From assembly GCA_017654855.1 (NCBI GenBank), contig CM030332.1, positions 5,270,001 to 5,334,000 of the forward strand: 64,000 nt of DNA, in the 5' to 3' direction. The translations under genes and the position numbers were made by a program. The notes beneath the pieces were generated by a model that was given only the letters and a program-made list of their open reading frames with translations, did not search any database and was not told the DNA's origin. The DNA is from Podospora anserina. Its lineage: Eukaryota. Below, piece by piece: positions 1 through 11,729 of the stretch (within the stretch, counting starts at the first letter, position 1; every line of letters begins with the position of its first letter).

Positions 1-438
1 AAAAGGCATAAGCCTGGTTTGTCTGCCAAGTTCACTGGTCAAGATTGGTCACTGCCTGCGTTGGACCCCGCCTTGGCTCGCACTTGGCCACTCTCAGTAC
101 AGGAGTCCTCCAACCCCCCGGAGCTGACCAACGTCACAGCCTCGAGCAGGCTGAACACCTTTTCCCACCGCACAATCTCCAGGTTTTTCTGCGGAAAGTC
201 CGGGGACATCCGCAACTTTGGCTCTTTCAAGTTTTCTACACACTCTTGACAGAAGACTAGCTCTTGTTGTGTTTCAAGCCCATCTCACGACCCCGCCTTC
301 TCAGTCTCTGTGACCCAGCGGTCTTGAGTTCTTCCATCCACCTCCACCCGCCAGGTCAGCATACCCCGCTCCACCGCTAGGCCGGCCAGAAAAGCTCACC
401 ATCTGCCACAGAAAGAACGCACCAAACACCAAGCAACA

Positions 439-2166
439 ATGTCCAGCAGAAGCCGTGTCGAGTTCGACGAGCGCGAGTACGTTCGGGACGCACCTCCTCC
501 TCGTCGTGCCCCCGTCCGTGAATATGACGACTACCGTGACCCCGCAAGGGTCCCCGCTTTCATGTTGCGGGAGGAGAGGCCAAATCAAGCCGGCCAGTTG
601 GTGCTCAGGGCAAGAGAGGTCGAGACCATGGAGCGCCAGAGGCCGAGATCTCCCAGCCCGGAGATTCGGATGAGGGAGCGCATTGTTCAGCGGGCCAGAA
701 GCGTCAGCCCAGGCCCAAGGCGAGTAGAGGAGGATATCCGGATCCGCCAGGTCGAAAGGACACGCGAGCCCAGCCGGGCCCCTTCGGAGAGAATTCGCTA
801 TGTTGAGAGGCCCCGTTCCCCATCGCCTTCGATCCACGAGCGCATCCGCATCACAGATCGGAGAGAAGAGCGCCGGAGCCCAAGCCCGGCTCCTCCGCCG
901 CCGCCGCCGCAGCCCCAGGTCATCAAGGGCCCAACTATCGAGAGAGAGGTTATCACACATTACCGCGATATTGACCATGGTGAGTCATCCACTACGGCGG
1001 TCGTCCCAAGCTGAACTGGTTGTACTAACTCATCCTAGGCATGGTTGTAGCCCGCCCGCCGTCGCCTCCTCAGCGTCACGAGCACCGTGATACTGAGATA
1101 GACATTTATACTAATCGCAAGGGTACCACCGAGGTGGACATTCACAAGCACACCCACTCGCACAGCCGTGGCCGGTCTGTAGAGCGGCCCTCCCGTCCCG
1201 TTGTCCACGCCTACGAGGACGACCTGGTGGTCTCCACGAACAAGCACCTCCATGTGGACATTGAGCGTCGCCGGAGCATCTCCCGTGGCCGTCGCGCTCA
1301 CTCGGCCGCACCCCCTGTTATCGACTACGACGACGAAGCTTACGAGATCAAGTCCCGGATCGATGCGCGCGGCAAGATGGGCGAGGCCTGGAACGGCATC
1401 ACCAAGGATTGGACCATCGTTGATGTGCCTCCCGGAACCGAGCGTGTGCGCATGGATGGTGCCGGTGGCGCCTCTGCTGAGGTGACATGGCAAAAGTACA
1501 GCGGTGTTCGCCGGGCCAAGTTCATCCCTGACCGTGACGAGAAGAGCGTTGTTTCCGAGACCTCCACCACTATCTCGGACGCCCGTGACCGCAACCGTGA
1601 CCGCGACATTGAGCGGGAGAGGCGGTTGAGTGTGCAGATCATTGACAAGGACCGCCGGGATCGTGACGATTATGAGAAGATTACCGATCGCCGTCTCACC
1701 ATTTCCAAGTCGAGGACGAACTCTCCTGCGCCGCCTCCCCCCCAGCAGCGTCGCAGTGAGACCTGGACTGAGATCACCAAGGACTTGGTCTGCCGTGAGG
1801 CTATTCAGGAGATGGGCTATGAGTATGAGGAGACCGAGTACTTTTACTACATTATCGACTTTTTGGCTCACGTAAGTTCACGCTCACCTTTTCTACATGC
1901 TGCCGATAGATTACTAACGCCCTAAACAGGAGGAGGTTGTCCGTCTTGTGAACCTCTCGGACCGCATCCGCCAATCCCGCAAGGACCGCGCCAGAGAGAT
2001 CCAGTACGAGCGCGAGTGGCGCGATGAGTGGGAGCACCGTCACCACCACCACCACAGCCACAGCCACAGCAGCAGCAGACACCGTCTGGATGACGAGCGC
2101 GTGGTCGAGCGTGAGATCATCTACGACAGCCACCGTCACCCAGGCGGTCGCCAATATCGTTACTAA
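439..2166 (+). CDS. Arg/Glu/Pro-rich intrinsically disordered protein of unknown function (3 exons)
   Basis: Exons 439-979, 1039-1871, 1930-2166. Introns GTGAGT..CTAAC..TAG and GTAAGT..CTAAC..CAG join three ORFs in frame. RSPSP repeats, mixed-charge tracts, a small folded-looking domain WTEITKDLVCREAIQEMGYEYEET, His-rich C-terminus. Confidence 0.8.
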
Positions 2167-2948
2167 AAGCCCGGCATGATACGACTTTGGCGACTTTGGG
2201 GATGATGAATCACTGATGATGATGAATGTGTGATGACGTCTTGCTGTTATAGAAACTTTTTGTTTTGTTGTTTCTGGAAAAGGATGATGATGATTGTGTT
2301 TTGGATGATACCAACCACCAATGCATGGTTAATAATGAGCTTGAAGAGTTGACCAGTGGTCATTGTCATGGAAGGAGACAAGAAGTGGATGGGTCGACTT
2401 TTGTTTTTCTAGTTTTGGATATTGTTTTCATGTTGGTCTTTTATCATGGTCATGTTTTGGTTTGATGTCTTGCGAGTTTTTTTGGTTATTTTTTTAACGA
2501 CTTTTATGATTACATACATCATTAACTAGCGAGTTGTGAAAAAAAGAGAGAGAGAAATGCTTTGAAATATCTTGATGATCCTTGTGGTGACATTTTTGAG
2601 AGAAGGGACTTGACATTCGTTCCAAAGCATGAACCTACATCCTCTTGAGACTACAGGGTTATGGCATGTTTTGTAATACAGTGACTATTTGTGTCCTTCC
2701 TCATATCGAAGTCTGCGCTATTATATTGACTTGCCGAGCCAGTTTTCCACCATAAATACCAGGCCTCGCAATCCCGCTTGTTGAAAAGAACAGACCGGAA
2801 AACGGTGTCATCGCCAACCCATCAGCAGAGGATCATCCGACCGAGAGGGAGGCAACAACACCTTCGCTAGAACGGTACCATTCACGCCGCCCTATTCTCG
2901 TCGGACCGACAGAACGTAGCCCAGAAAAGCACCCATCGAGCACGACAA

Positions 2949-4868
2949 CTAAGTATCAAGACAGCTAGAGAGCACCTGCCTGACCACATCCTCCAGAGCC
3001 TCACCCGCCTGACTCCCCAAACCCCAAACCCACTGCCTGCTTACCTTCTCCCCCCCTTCCGCAAAAGCCCCAGTCACCTTCAACTCAGGACCACCCTCAC
3101 TAAAGGTAAACTCAAACCCGATCCCAAAACCCCCCGTCTCATCCACCAACCCCTTCTCATCCGACCTCGTAGCCCACCTCGCGAGACCCTCCTCCCCCGA
3201 AGAGGAGTTCCCTTTCAACCCCTCCAGCACCAACATGGAATGCGCCGTCAACGCCCTCGGCACAGCCCCGTTGATATACCACACCGCGTCATTAGCATCA
3301 AAGTACTCGTCCGGACTGGGCGGAAACACGCTCTGCAGCGGATTCCCACTCCCCGGCTGCGACGATGTCGGTGGCGGTAACGTCCAAACAGCGAAACGAG
3401 GGCCGTCAGACTGGGGAGGTTTGACCATCACCCTCAGTCGAGACTGAGGCGTGATGTCCACGTCAAACTCCACCGCTGGAGGGCTGTACAATACCGGGCC
3501 GATATTTTCCGAGTCAGCTGCCGTGCCCGCGCCGGGTGGTGTGCGGACCGGCGGTTCCCTCACGAGAACTGAAGCGGGCAGGCCGGCGGAGCGTAGAGCC
3601 TTTGAATAGGCGAGGAGATGCTGGATGAATTGGGCGATGTTCCTCTCGTGTTCGAACCACGAGACGATGGGGCCGAGGAGGGAGTACACCGGAGCCGAGG
3701 TTTGAACCGCGTTCCTGTCCTCCCGCCGCCTTTCATTGATTTTGTGGGCGTGGGAAAGCTGTAGGGCCAAGGCTAGGCTCAACATTTCGGCGACATCGTC
3801 TTTTGGTCTTGGTGAGCCTGTTGTGTCCTTTGCATTCTCTTCCTCCAACGAGGCAAGTTCGACCGACATGGTCGAGGTTGGACTCATGGCGTACGTGACA
3901 GAAGATCTGGACATCCGCACATTGCGGCCGCCAAGCGTTCTCGCTTCTCTGTTGATCTCATGCCACAGCTCTTGAGCAAAAATGGTATTGCGTGCATCCT
4001 TGACACGGTCGACAAGTGTTGCGTTTTCTGGCAACGGATCCGGCAACGACGATTGTCCGACAACCTTGTCGTTCTCGAGAATCCTGACGCGTATGCGCCG
4101 AGATCCACCGCCCCTTCTTCCGAGCTCCAACTTGACGGACCCATCGTCGGCTCTTCTCAGCGGTGCAATCCCGCTGTTCTTGAACTCTGGGGCGGCGTTC
4201 AAGAAGCCAAAGCTGACACACATGGTTTGTGGTTCCTGAGCCATGCGAGCAACTCTGAAGCCGGCTTCCTTGACTGTGGACACCTCGGCCCAGTACTTCT
4301 CCTCAGCCTGGATCTGGTGTTCTAATCTTGACTGTGCAGGCTTCGCCATGCTGATGCAGTTGTCCAACGCCAGGTATCGTTGGCCTATAGCTGTCATTCT
4401 CATCTCCGTCTCTCTTGACTGGGCCAGGGCGGTGGGCGCTGCGAGCATGGTGGCGCCTAGGGTACCGAGACCAACAGTCGCGCGTGTTTCTTGGCTGAGT
4501 GTGCTGGTAGCTTGAGTCGGCATCTCCCTGGAGATTAGCAGGGAAAGGAAGTCGAGGGCCCAGTTTGATGTTGCCAGGGCGGCTTGGGTTTGTTGAAGGA
4601 GTTCAGCCCGTACGGCGTTAATATCCGGGGTTTCGGTCGACTCCTCAGCTTCGGTCTCGGCAGGTTCCTCGGCCTCGTTGGAATCGGTCATTTCAACATC
4701 ATTCTGACCATTTTTCTGTTCAGCAGCGGCGGCTTTGGCTCTTCGAGCTGCTACCATGGCTTGGATGCCGCCAGGTTGTGAGCGTGCCCGGGCCCAGAAT
4801 TCAGCGATATTTTGAGGGCCTCTTGGCTTCGCCGCTGGCGGTTGCAGGTTAAAGGGTCGGTCGTCCAT
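2949..4868 (-). CDS. med17: Mediator of RNA polymerase II transcription subunit 17
   Basis: Single 639-aa ORF from an ATG. Recognised Srb4/Med17-like segments ALDFLSLLIS, FGFLNAAPEFK..IAPLRR, ARNTIFAQELWHEINREAR. Confidence 0.85.
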   Translation of the reverse strand: MDDRPFNLQPPAAKPRGPQNIAEFWARARSQPGGIQAMVAARRAKAAAAEQKNGQNDVEMTDSNEAEEPAETEAEESTETPDINAVRAELLQQTQAALATSNWALDFLSLLISREMPTQATSTLSQETRATVGLGTLGATMLAAPTALAQSRETEMRMTAIGQRYLALDNCISMAKPAQSRLEHQIQAEEKYWAEVSTVKEAGFRVARMAQEPQTMCVSFGFLNAAPEFKNSGIAPLRRADDGSVKLELGRRGGGSRRIRVRILENDKVVGQSSLPDPLPENATLVDRVKDARNTIFAQELWHEINREARTLGGRNVRMSRSSVTYAMSPTSTMSVELASLEEENAKDTTGSPRPKDDVAEMLSLALALQLSHAHKINERRREDRNAVQTSAPVYSLLGPIVSWFEHERNIAQFIQHLLAYSKALRSAGLPASVLVREPPVRTPPGAGTAADSENIGPVLYSPPAVEFDVDITPQSRLRVMVKPPQSDGPRFAVWTLPPPTSSQPGSGNPLQSVFPPSPDEYFDANDAVWYINGAVPRALTAHSMLVLEGLKGNSSSGEEGLARWATRSDEKGLVDETGGFGIGFEFTFSEGGPELKVTGAFAEGGEKVSRQWVWGLGSQAGEALEDVVRQVLSSCLDT

Positions 4869-5930
4869 AATGGCGACTTTATGAGGTCCTCTTTATGATG
4901 AATGAAAATGTGCCATGTGCCTTGGTGCTATGTAGAATGCTCTTATAACTGGCGATACGATGGTTGTTGATACCTGCCGTTGATGTTCACAGTTGGCGGT
5001 GGAGTGTGCACCAATGAAGAGTTAGTTTGTTGCCTGAAGCGGTTAGCGTGGAAGCCGCGGAATGGGGGTCAGAGCAGGAGAGAAAAGGAAACTGATAGGG
5101 AATTGATGGCCGGCTGGACTTGTTTAGGAGCCGCTCAGAGACTCAATCTTATTAACCTCTCTTCTCACGATAAAACTGTGAGTCGTCTTTGGGAATTGTC
5201 TTCAAGGCTGCGTGATTCCGATAAAAGTTTGAACCACAATATCTTGGACCAAGTTGTTTGATGTGAGTTGGAAGCTGCAAGCTGTAGTCGCGACCGATGA
5301 GGCTTGAGATGCTCTGTAAGGTGGGGCCGAAGTGACCCTCCCACTCGAGCTCCAGGGTCCCCCGCTGCTCCCAAAAATCTCAAAAACCACCTCAGCTCCC
5401 AAATTATGTCATTGCTCTGACTACCCACGGAGTCTTTGATCCCAGAAACCCCTCACCTGGCGATGCAACCAACAGGGCGCAGGAGGTGCAGACATTGGGG
5501 AGAGGGAGCAAGGGACCATGTGAGGGATATTTGACATGTGCGACACCGGCGCTTCTTAACTGGTGAGGTGTTGTCCAGTCTGAGGTGAGGAACCAAAGCT
5601 AGGTAGGTAAAGAGAAGAGCGGGAGCTGTGCCCTGGAAACCACCCCGCGCTCCTCGATAAGATAAGAGCTCCTGCCCACTGCTCACTAGACTGGGCTCTT
5701 CCCACTGGGTCGGCCAAGGGAGGCACTCGTCAGCTGCAGTTGGCGTGAGCGTGGTGCTGATATCCTCGAACCTCATCCGATTCTCCGTTTTCCGATTTCC
5801 TGTCTTCCCAACATTCAAAAAGGCCGGACTAACCGTGCCCCGCCTGCTCTCTTCCTCCAATTCTTACCCCCCTTGGTACTACTGAATATCCCTACGTACT
5901 CTCACACCGGGCTCCTTTGCGGCCTGGAGC

Positions 5931-8595
5931 ATGCCTTTACCTGACACACGCTTTTTACTTCGGCCTTTCTCCATCGTCATCTATCCGATCTGGACGCTAC
6001 TGGCCTTTTTCTACCGCCACTCCCCCCTCCGTTTCCTTTCCTCGACTCTCCAGCCCCTTTTCGGACTTCGCAACACCACTGACATTGACCCCGAGACACC
6101 CGAGCCAACATCTACTACCAACATGTCGGCCAAGAAGAAAATCGCCATCATGACCTCGGGAGGTGACTCCCCAGGCATGAACGGCGTGGTGCGCGCCTGT
6201 GTGCGCATGGCCATCCACATGGGCTGTGACGCCTATTGCATCTACGAAGGGTACGAGGGCTTGGTCCGTGGCGGTGACCTCATCCGGAAGATGAATTGGT
6301 ACGATGTCCGCGGGTGGCTCTCCGAGGGCGGTACTCTCATTGGAACCGCCCGGTGCATGGCCTTTTTCGAACGCGCTGGTCGCCTTGCTGCTGCCAAGAA
6401 CATGATTCTACACGGCATTGACGCCCTCATCATCTGCGGAGGAGATGGTTCCCTGACTGGCGCGGATCGATTCCGTGCCGAATGGCCCTCGCTGCTCGAC
6501 GAACTCGCTGCCAATGGCGAATTTACCACCCAGGAGCTTCAGCCATTCAGACATCTCAACATTGTCGGTCTCGTCGGTTCCATTGACAACGATCTCTCTG
6601 GTACAGATGCCACTATTGGTTGCTACTCTGCGCTTGCAAGAATCTGCTATGCTGTCGATCTCATCGAGGCGACAGCCTCTTCCCATTCCCGCGCTTTCGT
6701 CGTCGAGGTCATGGGGCGGCATTGTGGCTGGCTTGCTTTGATGGCCGGTGTTGCGACGGGTGCCGATTTCATATTTATTCCGGAGAAACCTAGGGAAGAC
6801 AACTGGAGAGAGGAAATGTGCAGCATCGTTGAGCATGTAAGTACACCCTCTTCTGGGACGTCATTCTGTTCTGGCTGAAGCTAAACGAGTCAACGACAGC
6901 ATCGCAAAATCGGCAAGCGGAAAACGATCGTGATCATTGCCGAGGGAGCACTCGACAGAGAGGGGAACAAGATCACCCCGGCAATGGTCAAGGATCTTCT
7001 TGCGGACAAGGACGGCCTCGGACTCGACACCAGAATCACGACACTGGGCCATGTTCAAAGAGGCGGGACAGCTGTTGCTTACGACCGTATGCTGGCGACA
7101 CTGCAAGGTGTTGAAGCCGTCAAGGCTGTTCTCGAGGCCACCCCTGAGACAAAGACCTGCGTCATTGCCATCACCGAGAACAAGATTGTCAGAAAGCCCC
7201 TTATGGATGCGGTACAAGACACCAAGAAGGTGGCCAAGGCAATCGAACGGCAGGACTTTGAGGAGGCCATGGGTCTACGGGACGCCGAGTTCTCGGAGCA
7301 ATACAAGTCGTTCATGATGACTACGGCGGTCCAAGTAGACAAGGAGCTGTTGCTGCCAGAGAAGGAAGTACGGCTCCCCTCTCTCCACTCGCAGGTTTCC
7401 TGGGTGCTGACAGACTTTACAGAGAATGAGGATTGGGTTCATCAATGTCGGCGCGCCCGCCGGCGGTATGAACGCTGCAGTGCGCGCTGGTGTAGCTTAC
7501 TGCTTGTCCCGAGGGCACGAGCCGATGGCGATTTACAACGGCTTCGCCGGATTTGCCCGGCATCATGCCGACAACCCTGGAGCTGTCCGACCCTTCAACT
7601 GGCTTGAGGTGGACGGATGGGCCAGCAAAGGTGGCTCGGAAATTGGAACGAACCGCGAGCTTCCAGGCGAGTCCGGCATGGAGACCATTGCCAACTTGAT
7701 TGAGCAGTACAAGTTTGACGCTTTGTTCCTCATTGGCGGTTTCGAAGCTTTCCATGCTGTCTCTCAGTTGCGCAAGGCTAGGGATCAGTATCCATCCCTG
7801 TGCATCCCCATGACATTACTCCCCGCCACCATCTCCAACAATGTGCCAGGGACAGAATACTCGCTCGGTTCGGATACTTGTCTGAACGAACTGGTCGAGT
7901 ATTGCGACAAGATCAAGCAGTCTGCCTCGGCTACCCGGAGACGTGTCTTTGTCATTGAGACGCAAGGTGGACGCTCTGGCTACGTTGCGACGCTCGGTGG
8001 TCTTGGTGTTGGTGCGTCGGCCGTGTACACCCCGGAAGAGGGTGTCAGCCTCGATATGCTCGCTGCGGACGTGCGCCATCTCAAAAACGTCTTCGCCCAC
8101 GACCAGGGCCAGAGCCGTGCCGGTCGCCTCATCTTGATCAACGAGAAGGCTTCCAAGGTGTACAATGCCAAGTTGATTGCCGACATCCTCCGCGAAGAGT
8201 CACATGGCAGGTTCGAGAGTCGCGAGGGTATCCCTGGTCACATGCAGCAGGGTGGTGTACCGTCGCCCATGGACAGGTGCCGGGCTGTCAGGCTGGCCAT
8301 ACGGTGTATCCAGCACCTGGAGCAGTTTGGCCGCAACGTGCACAACAGGGTCAAGGTGGACCCCATGAGCACAACGGTTATTGGCATCAAGGGCGCGAGC
8401 GTGGTCTTTACGCCTGTTAAGCAGGTTGAGGAGGAGGAGACGGACTGGCCCAACAGACGGCCAAAGGCGGCGTACTGGCTGGGCATGAAGGAGATTGTCG
8501 ACATTCTGGGTGGCCGTCCCAAGTATGAGCTCCCCGAGTCGGACTTGACTGGTATCAAGGCGAAGGATGTCAAGCGTGGGATTGTGCCGCCTTGA
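5931..8595 (+). CDS. pfk1: ATP-dependent 6-phosphofructokinase (3 exons; alternative start at ATG 6123)
   Basis: Exons 5931(or 6123)-6836, 6900-7367, 7423-8595 with GT-AG introns. Motifs [51 protein letters not shown]; duplicated regulatory half [22 protein letters not shown]. Confidence 0.97.
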
Positions 8596-9160
8596 ATGGG
8601 ATGGGACTGAAGAGTCGAAACAGGAAGTCTTTTGACGGTTGTTTCTCTCCGTGACTTGGGCTGTCATTGCTGCAATGATGATTCATCAAGTACCACTTTC
8701 CCTTGTTGTCGTCTAGCATCACCGACGAAGGGATCGGTAAATTCATGCAGGAAGGGAAGGGGGAAAATAGACAAGGACAAAGGCTCGGGACTGGTTGGTG
8801 TGAGGGGGGGTTATAGGATGGATGAGTGGGCTTTAGTTAGGGCAAAAAACACCATCATCTCTACCACTACCTTGGCACCGATACAAGAATAAAAAAGGAA
8901 GCTGTAAAGTGCAACAATAGACTCTGGAACGCATAGCTCCTCAATATGCAGTTATATGTGTGGTTGCTTGGCGAGAGACAGCACTCTTGGAAATGGTATC
9001 ATATTTGTTGAGAAACAATCTGGCAACACTTCTGTACAATAACCCAGCTAAATTGCCACCCTCCGACCGACTCCTTGATTGATTTGAGCGAGTGAACGAG
9101 CGAACAAAAGCCATTCTCGTTTCCAAAATGGAAATACACACCGATGCACACAATCTCTCT

Positions 9161-10909
9161 TCACGCCTTCAAAAACGACAACCACCCCCGATCCGGCTGC
9201 CTCAAATCCTCCACAAAGTCCTTCACCCTCCTCTGCCTCTCCTCAATAACCTTCTCCTCGGCCGACCACCGATCCGTCACCTCCTGCTCCCGCTGCGCCT
9301 GCCGCTCTCCCCACAGCCCACCAAACCACCCCCTGTTATTCTCCTTGGTCGTCGCCATCCGCTGTTGCTGCCGCTCCAGCTCCTCCCTCCTCGCCTGCTC
9401 CTCCCTCTGCAACCTAGCCACCATCTTCCCCCAGTTCTCCAGCCCCGTCACAAGACAGTCCCTGCACACCCTCCTCACAGGCTTCATCTCCCTCAAGTTC
9501 GGGTTAATCTTGTGAAGCTGCTCCTCCGCGACATCAACCGCCTCTCTAGTCCAGGATAGTCCTTCCTCTCTCGCGCCAGGGTTGGTGGCATACATGATCT
9601 CTCCAATGTGCAGGCTCAACGCAGCTTCCTGACACCTCTCGGCTGCGTTGCGGATAGGGGGGGCGATCCCATCCCCCGGTCCTTCTGGGTACGGTGGGGG
9701 GGTGAAGATTTTGGCACAGGCGTTGTAGACACCCGACCAAAACCCCCTGTTTTGAGAAGAGGGTTTTACTTTACGTAGCTGGGAGGTCAAGTCCAGATCT
9801 GAGGGGAGGGGGAGCGAGCGACGGGCTTTGAGGAGGGAGATGTACACGGGAAGGGCAAAGTTGATGTCGCCTTGACGAGCGCGGAAATCGGCATAGGCGG
9901 TGAGGGTGTTGAGGAGGTTTTCAGACGGCAACCCGGCTTCCTCGTTGAGGGTCATTGTTTTTGGGTCGAGGGGGGGGGCGGGGGTGGTGTTCTCGATTTG
10001 TTTGAGGGCGAGGTGGAGGGCGTCTTCGTAGATGATGCTTGCTGGTCCGGCGATACCTTTATACTCTAGCCAGGAGCCATAAGCAAGGCCAGCGTCAATC
10101 TTCTGGCGGTCGGTGAAGCCGACCGTGTTGAGGATTTTCAGGTAGATTTCGTTTGGGTTCTCGTGACGGAGGATGCAATCTTCTTCTCTGGGGGCTTTAC
10201 GGAAACCAGGGGGGACGGGTTTTGGATAGGGGTTGGAGGGACCGATCATCGTCCCCGGGGGGAAGGTTCCCCCGTTTGCTGTGTCCCAGACCCAACCTTC
10301 CATGTGCTCGGCGGCTTTGGCCCAGAACATCATTGCGTCGAAGTAGGCTCTTCTCCACTCTTGAGATTTGGCCGTGATGTCCTTCGTTCCCTTGGGGCCG
10401 TCTGGTGCGTCCTTTAGGCCGGCTCCCTCGAACTCTGGGTCGTGTAACCGCTTGATTACTGTGTCGATCCAGTGTCCTACTTGGATCCAATCCACCGCAT
10501 TGCCGTGCTTAGGGTCGTAGAGGGCGATGTTGGCCATACGCATTCGGAAGCGGGTCATGAAACTCCATTCTTCTGTTGTGGGATAGTCCCTTTCGTTGCG
10601 CTCGCAAAAGTAGGCGAAGGAGATACCAAAGATTGCGAAGCCGGCGATCCAGATGTAGCCGACGTATTTGATTCCCGTCAGGATTTCATATCTGAGCTGA
10701 GCCCTCCGCTCCGTCGTCATGTGTCGTACTCTCGTCACCCGTGTCGACGTCGAGCTCGAGGGCACGGAAAGAAAAGGGACGTCTGGTCGGGCGCGGAGGT
10801 TGTGACGAGCTACGGCGGCCTGGAAGAAGTTGCGCTGGACCGTCTGGACCCCCGCCCGGCGCAGCATGAGGCGGGAGGACCGCATCGTGACTGTGGAAAG
10901 CGAAGACAT
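9161..10909 (-). CDS. Probable mitochondrial single-pass membrane protein with helical-repeat C-terminal region (possibly Mgr3-like)
   Basis: 582-aa ORF. Arg/Ser/Thr-rich, acid-poor N-terminus typical of a presequence; one hydrophobic helix (YVGYIWIAGFAIFGISFAYF); TPR-like helices; coiled-coil C-terminus. Family assignment is inference. Confidence 0.7.
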   Translation of the reverse strand: MSSLSTVTMRSSRLMLRRAGVQTVQRNFFQAAVARHNLRARPDVPFLSVPSSSTSTRVTRVRHMTTERRAQLRYEILTGIKYVGYIWIAGFAIFGISFAYFCERNERDYPTTEEWSFMTRFRMRMANIALYDPKHGNAVDWIQVGHWIDTVIKRLHDPEFEGAGLKDAPDGPKGTKDITAKSQEWRRAYFDAMMFWAKAAEHMEGWVWDTANGGTFPPGTMIGPSNPYPKPVPPGFRKAPREEDCILRHENPNEIYLKILNTVGFTDRQKIDAGLAYGSWLEYKGIAGPASIIYEDALHLALKQIENTTPAPPLDPKTMTLNEEAGLPSENLLNTLTAYADFRARQGDINFALPVYISLLKARRSLPLPSDLDLTSQLRKVKPSSQNRGFWSGVYNACAKIFTPPPYPEGPGDGIAPPIRNAAERCQEAALSLHIGEIMYATNPGAREEGLSWTREAVDVAEEQLHKINPNLREMKPVRRVCRDCLVTGLENWGKMVARLQREEQARREELERQQQRMATTKENNRGWFGGLWGERQAQREQEVTDRWSAEEKVIEERQRRVKDFVEDLRQPDRGWLSFLKA

Positions 10910-11729
10910 GGCTGTCGATATCGTTTTCGAGCTCGGATGTGGGATGGTGTAGACTGGATGGTGTGGTTACCGTTATGGTGTCATTGGTTTAGCACATAGC
11001 TGGCTGGCAAAGATACCAAGCGCCGTCGCCAGCACTGGAAAGGTATGTATGGCTTTCGGGACGTTGGTCGAGCTCAAAGATGGGATTTTTGTCAATGACG
11101 ATGGATGCTCGTAGCTCGAGATGCCTCCACTTTTCTCCAAGGGTTCCTGGTTCGGCTTGGCGAAACCCCCACCCCACATGAGCGTCGAAGCTGAAGCTTG
11201 GGCCATCGAAGAGACGACCCCCCCTTTCCTGGTCCATCACCAACAACGGGCCGCTCCTTCCCAGGTCGCAATGTGAAGCAGCATTTGTAGGCCGGATCTT
11301 ACTTAGCACGAATTCAAGATCGACATCATGCAATGGCCCAGGTCTTGGCCCAGAACCTCCCCAAGCAAGAGGCCCATGTGAAACCCCACCCCACCAAACA
11401 CTTCCCTCTGCGATGGGCTCCCGAGAGCTTATGTGACAAATGAGGCTCTCATGGTCAATTCCTATAGACCGAGCCTTTACTTCTGCAGCCCCTTTATGAT
11501 CACTGATTTAAGTGCTGACTCCGGCCCCACGATGGCCAGAAACGAGGTCTTGAACGATGACACTCTCTTCAGTCACTCCTCTTCATTTTCTCCCGTCCTG
11601 TAGACCAGGACCCTCAGCTCCTGGAGAGCAGCCATACTTTCTATATCTATCGACAACTTCAAGGCCGGTCCATGTTGCATCCTCTCTTTAAAACCCATGA
11701 TCCTACCCTTCCCCTGACCGCCTCTCACA

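Noticed and set aside
2200-2310. TGATGA/CTGA motifs suggesting a C/D-box snoRNA
   Set aside because: Part of a (GAT)n-like low-complexity 3' UTR with no terminal stem or evident rRNA guide.
8593-8610. Stop-codon readthrough to a cryptic PTS1 on pfk1 (also checked for hom2, the SDR, rgd1, al-1, osh1 and myo2)
   Set aside because: No TGA-CTA context at any of these stops, and no SKL-like end in the short extensions I read through (pfk1, hom2, SDR).
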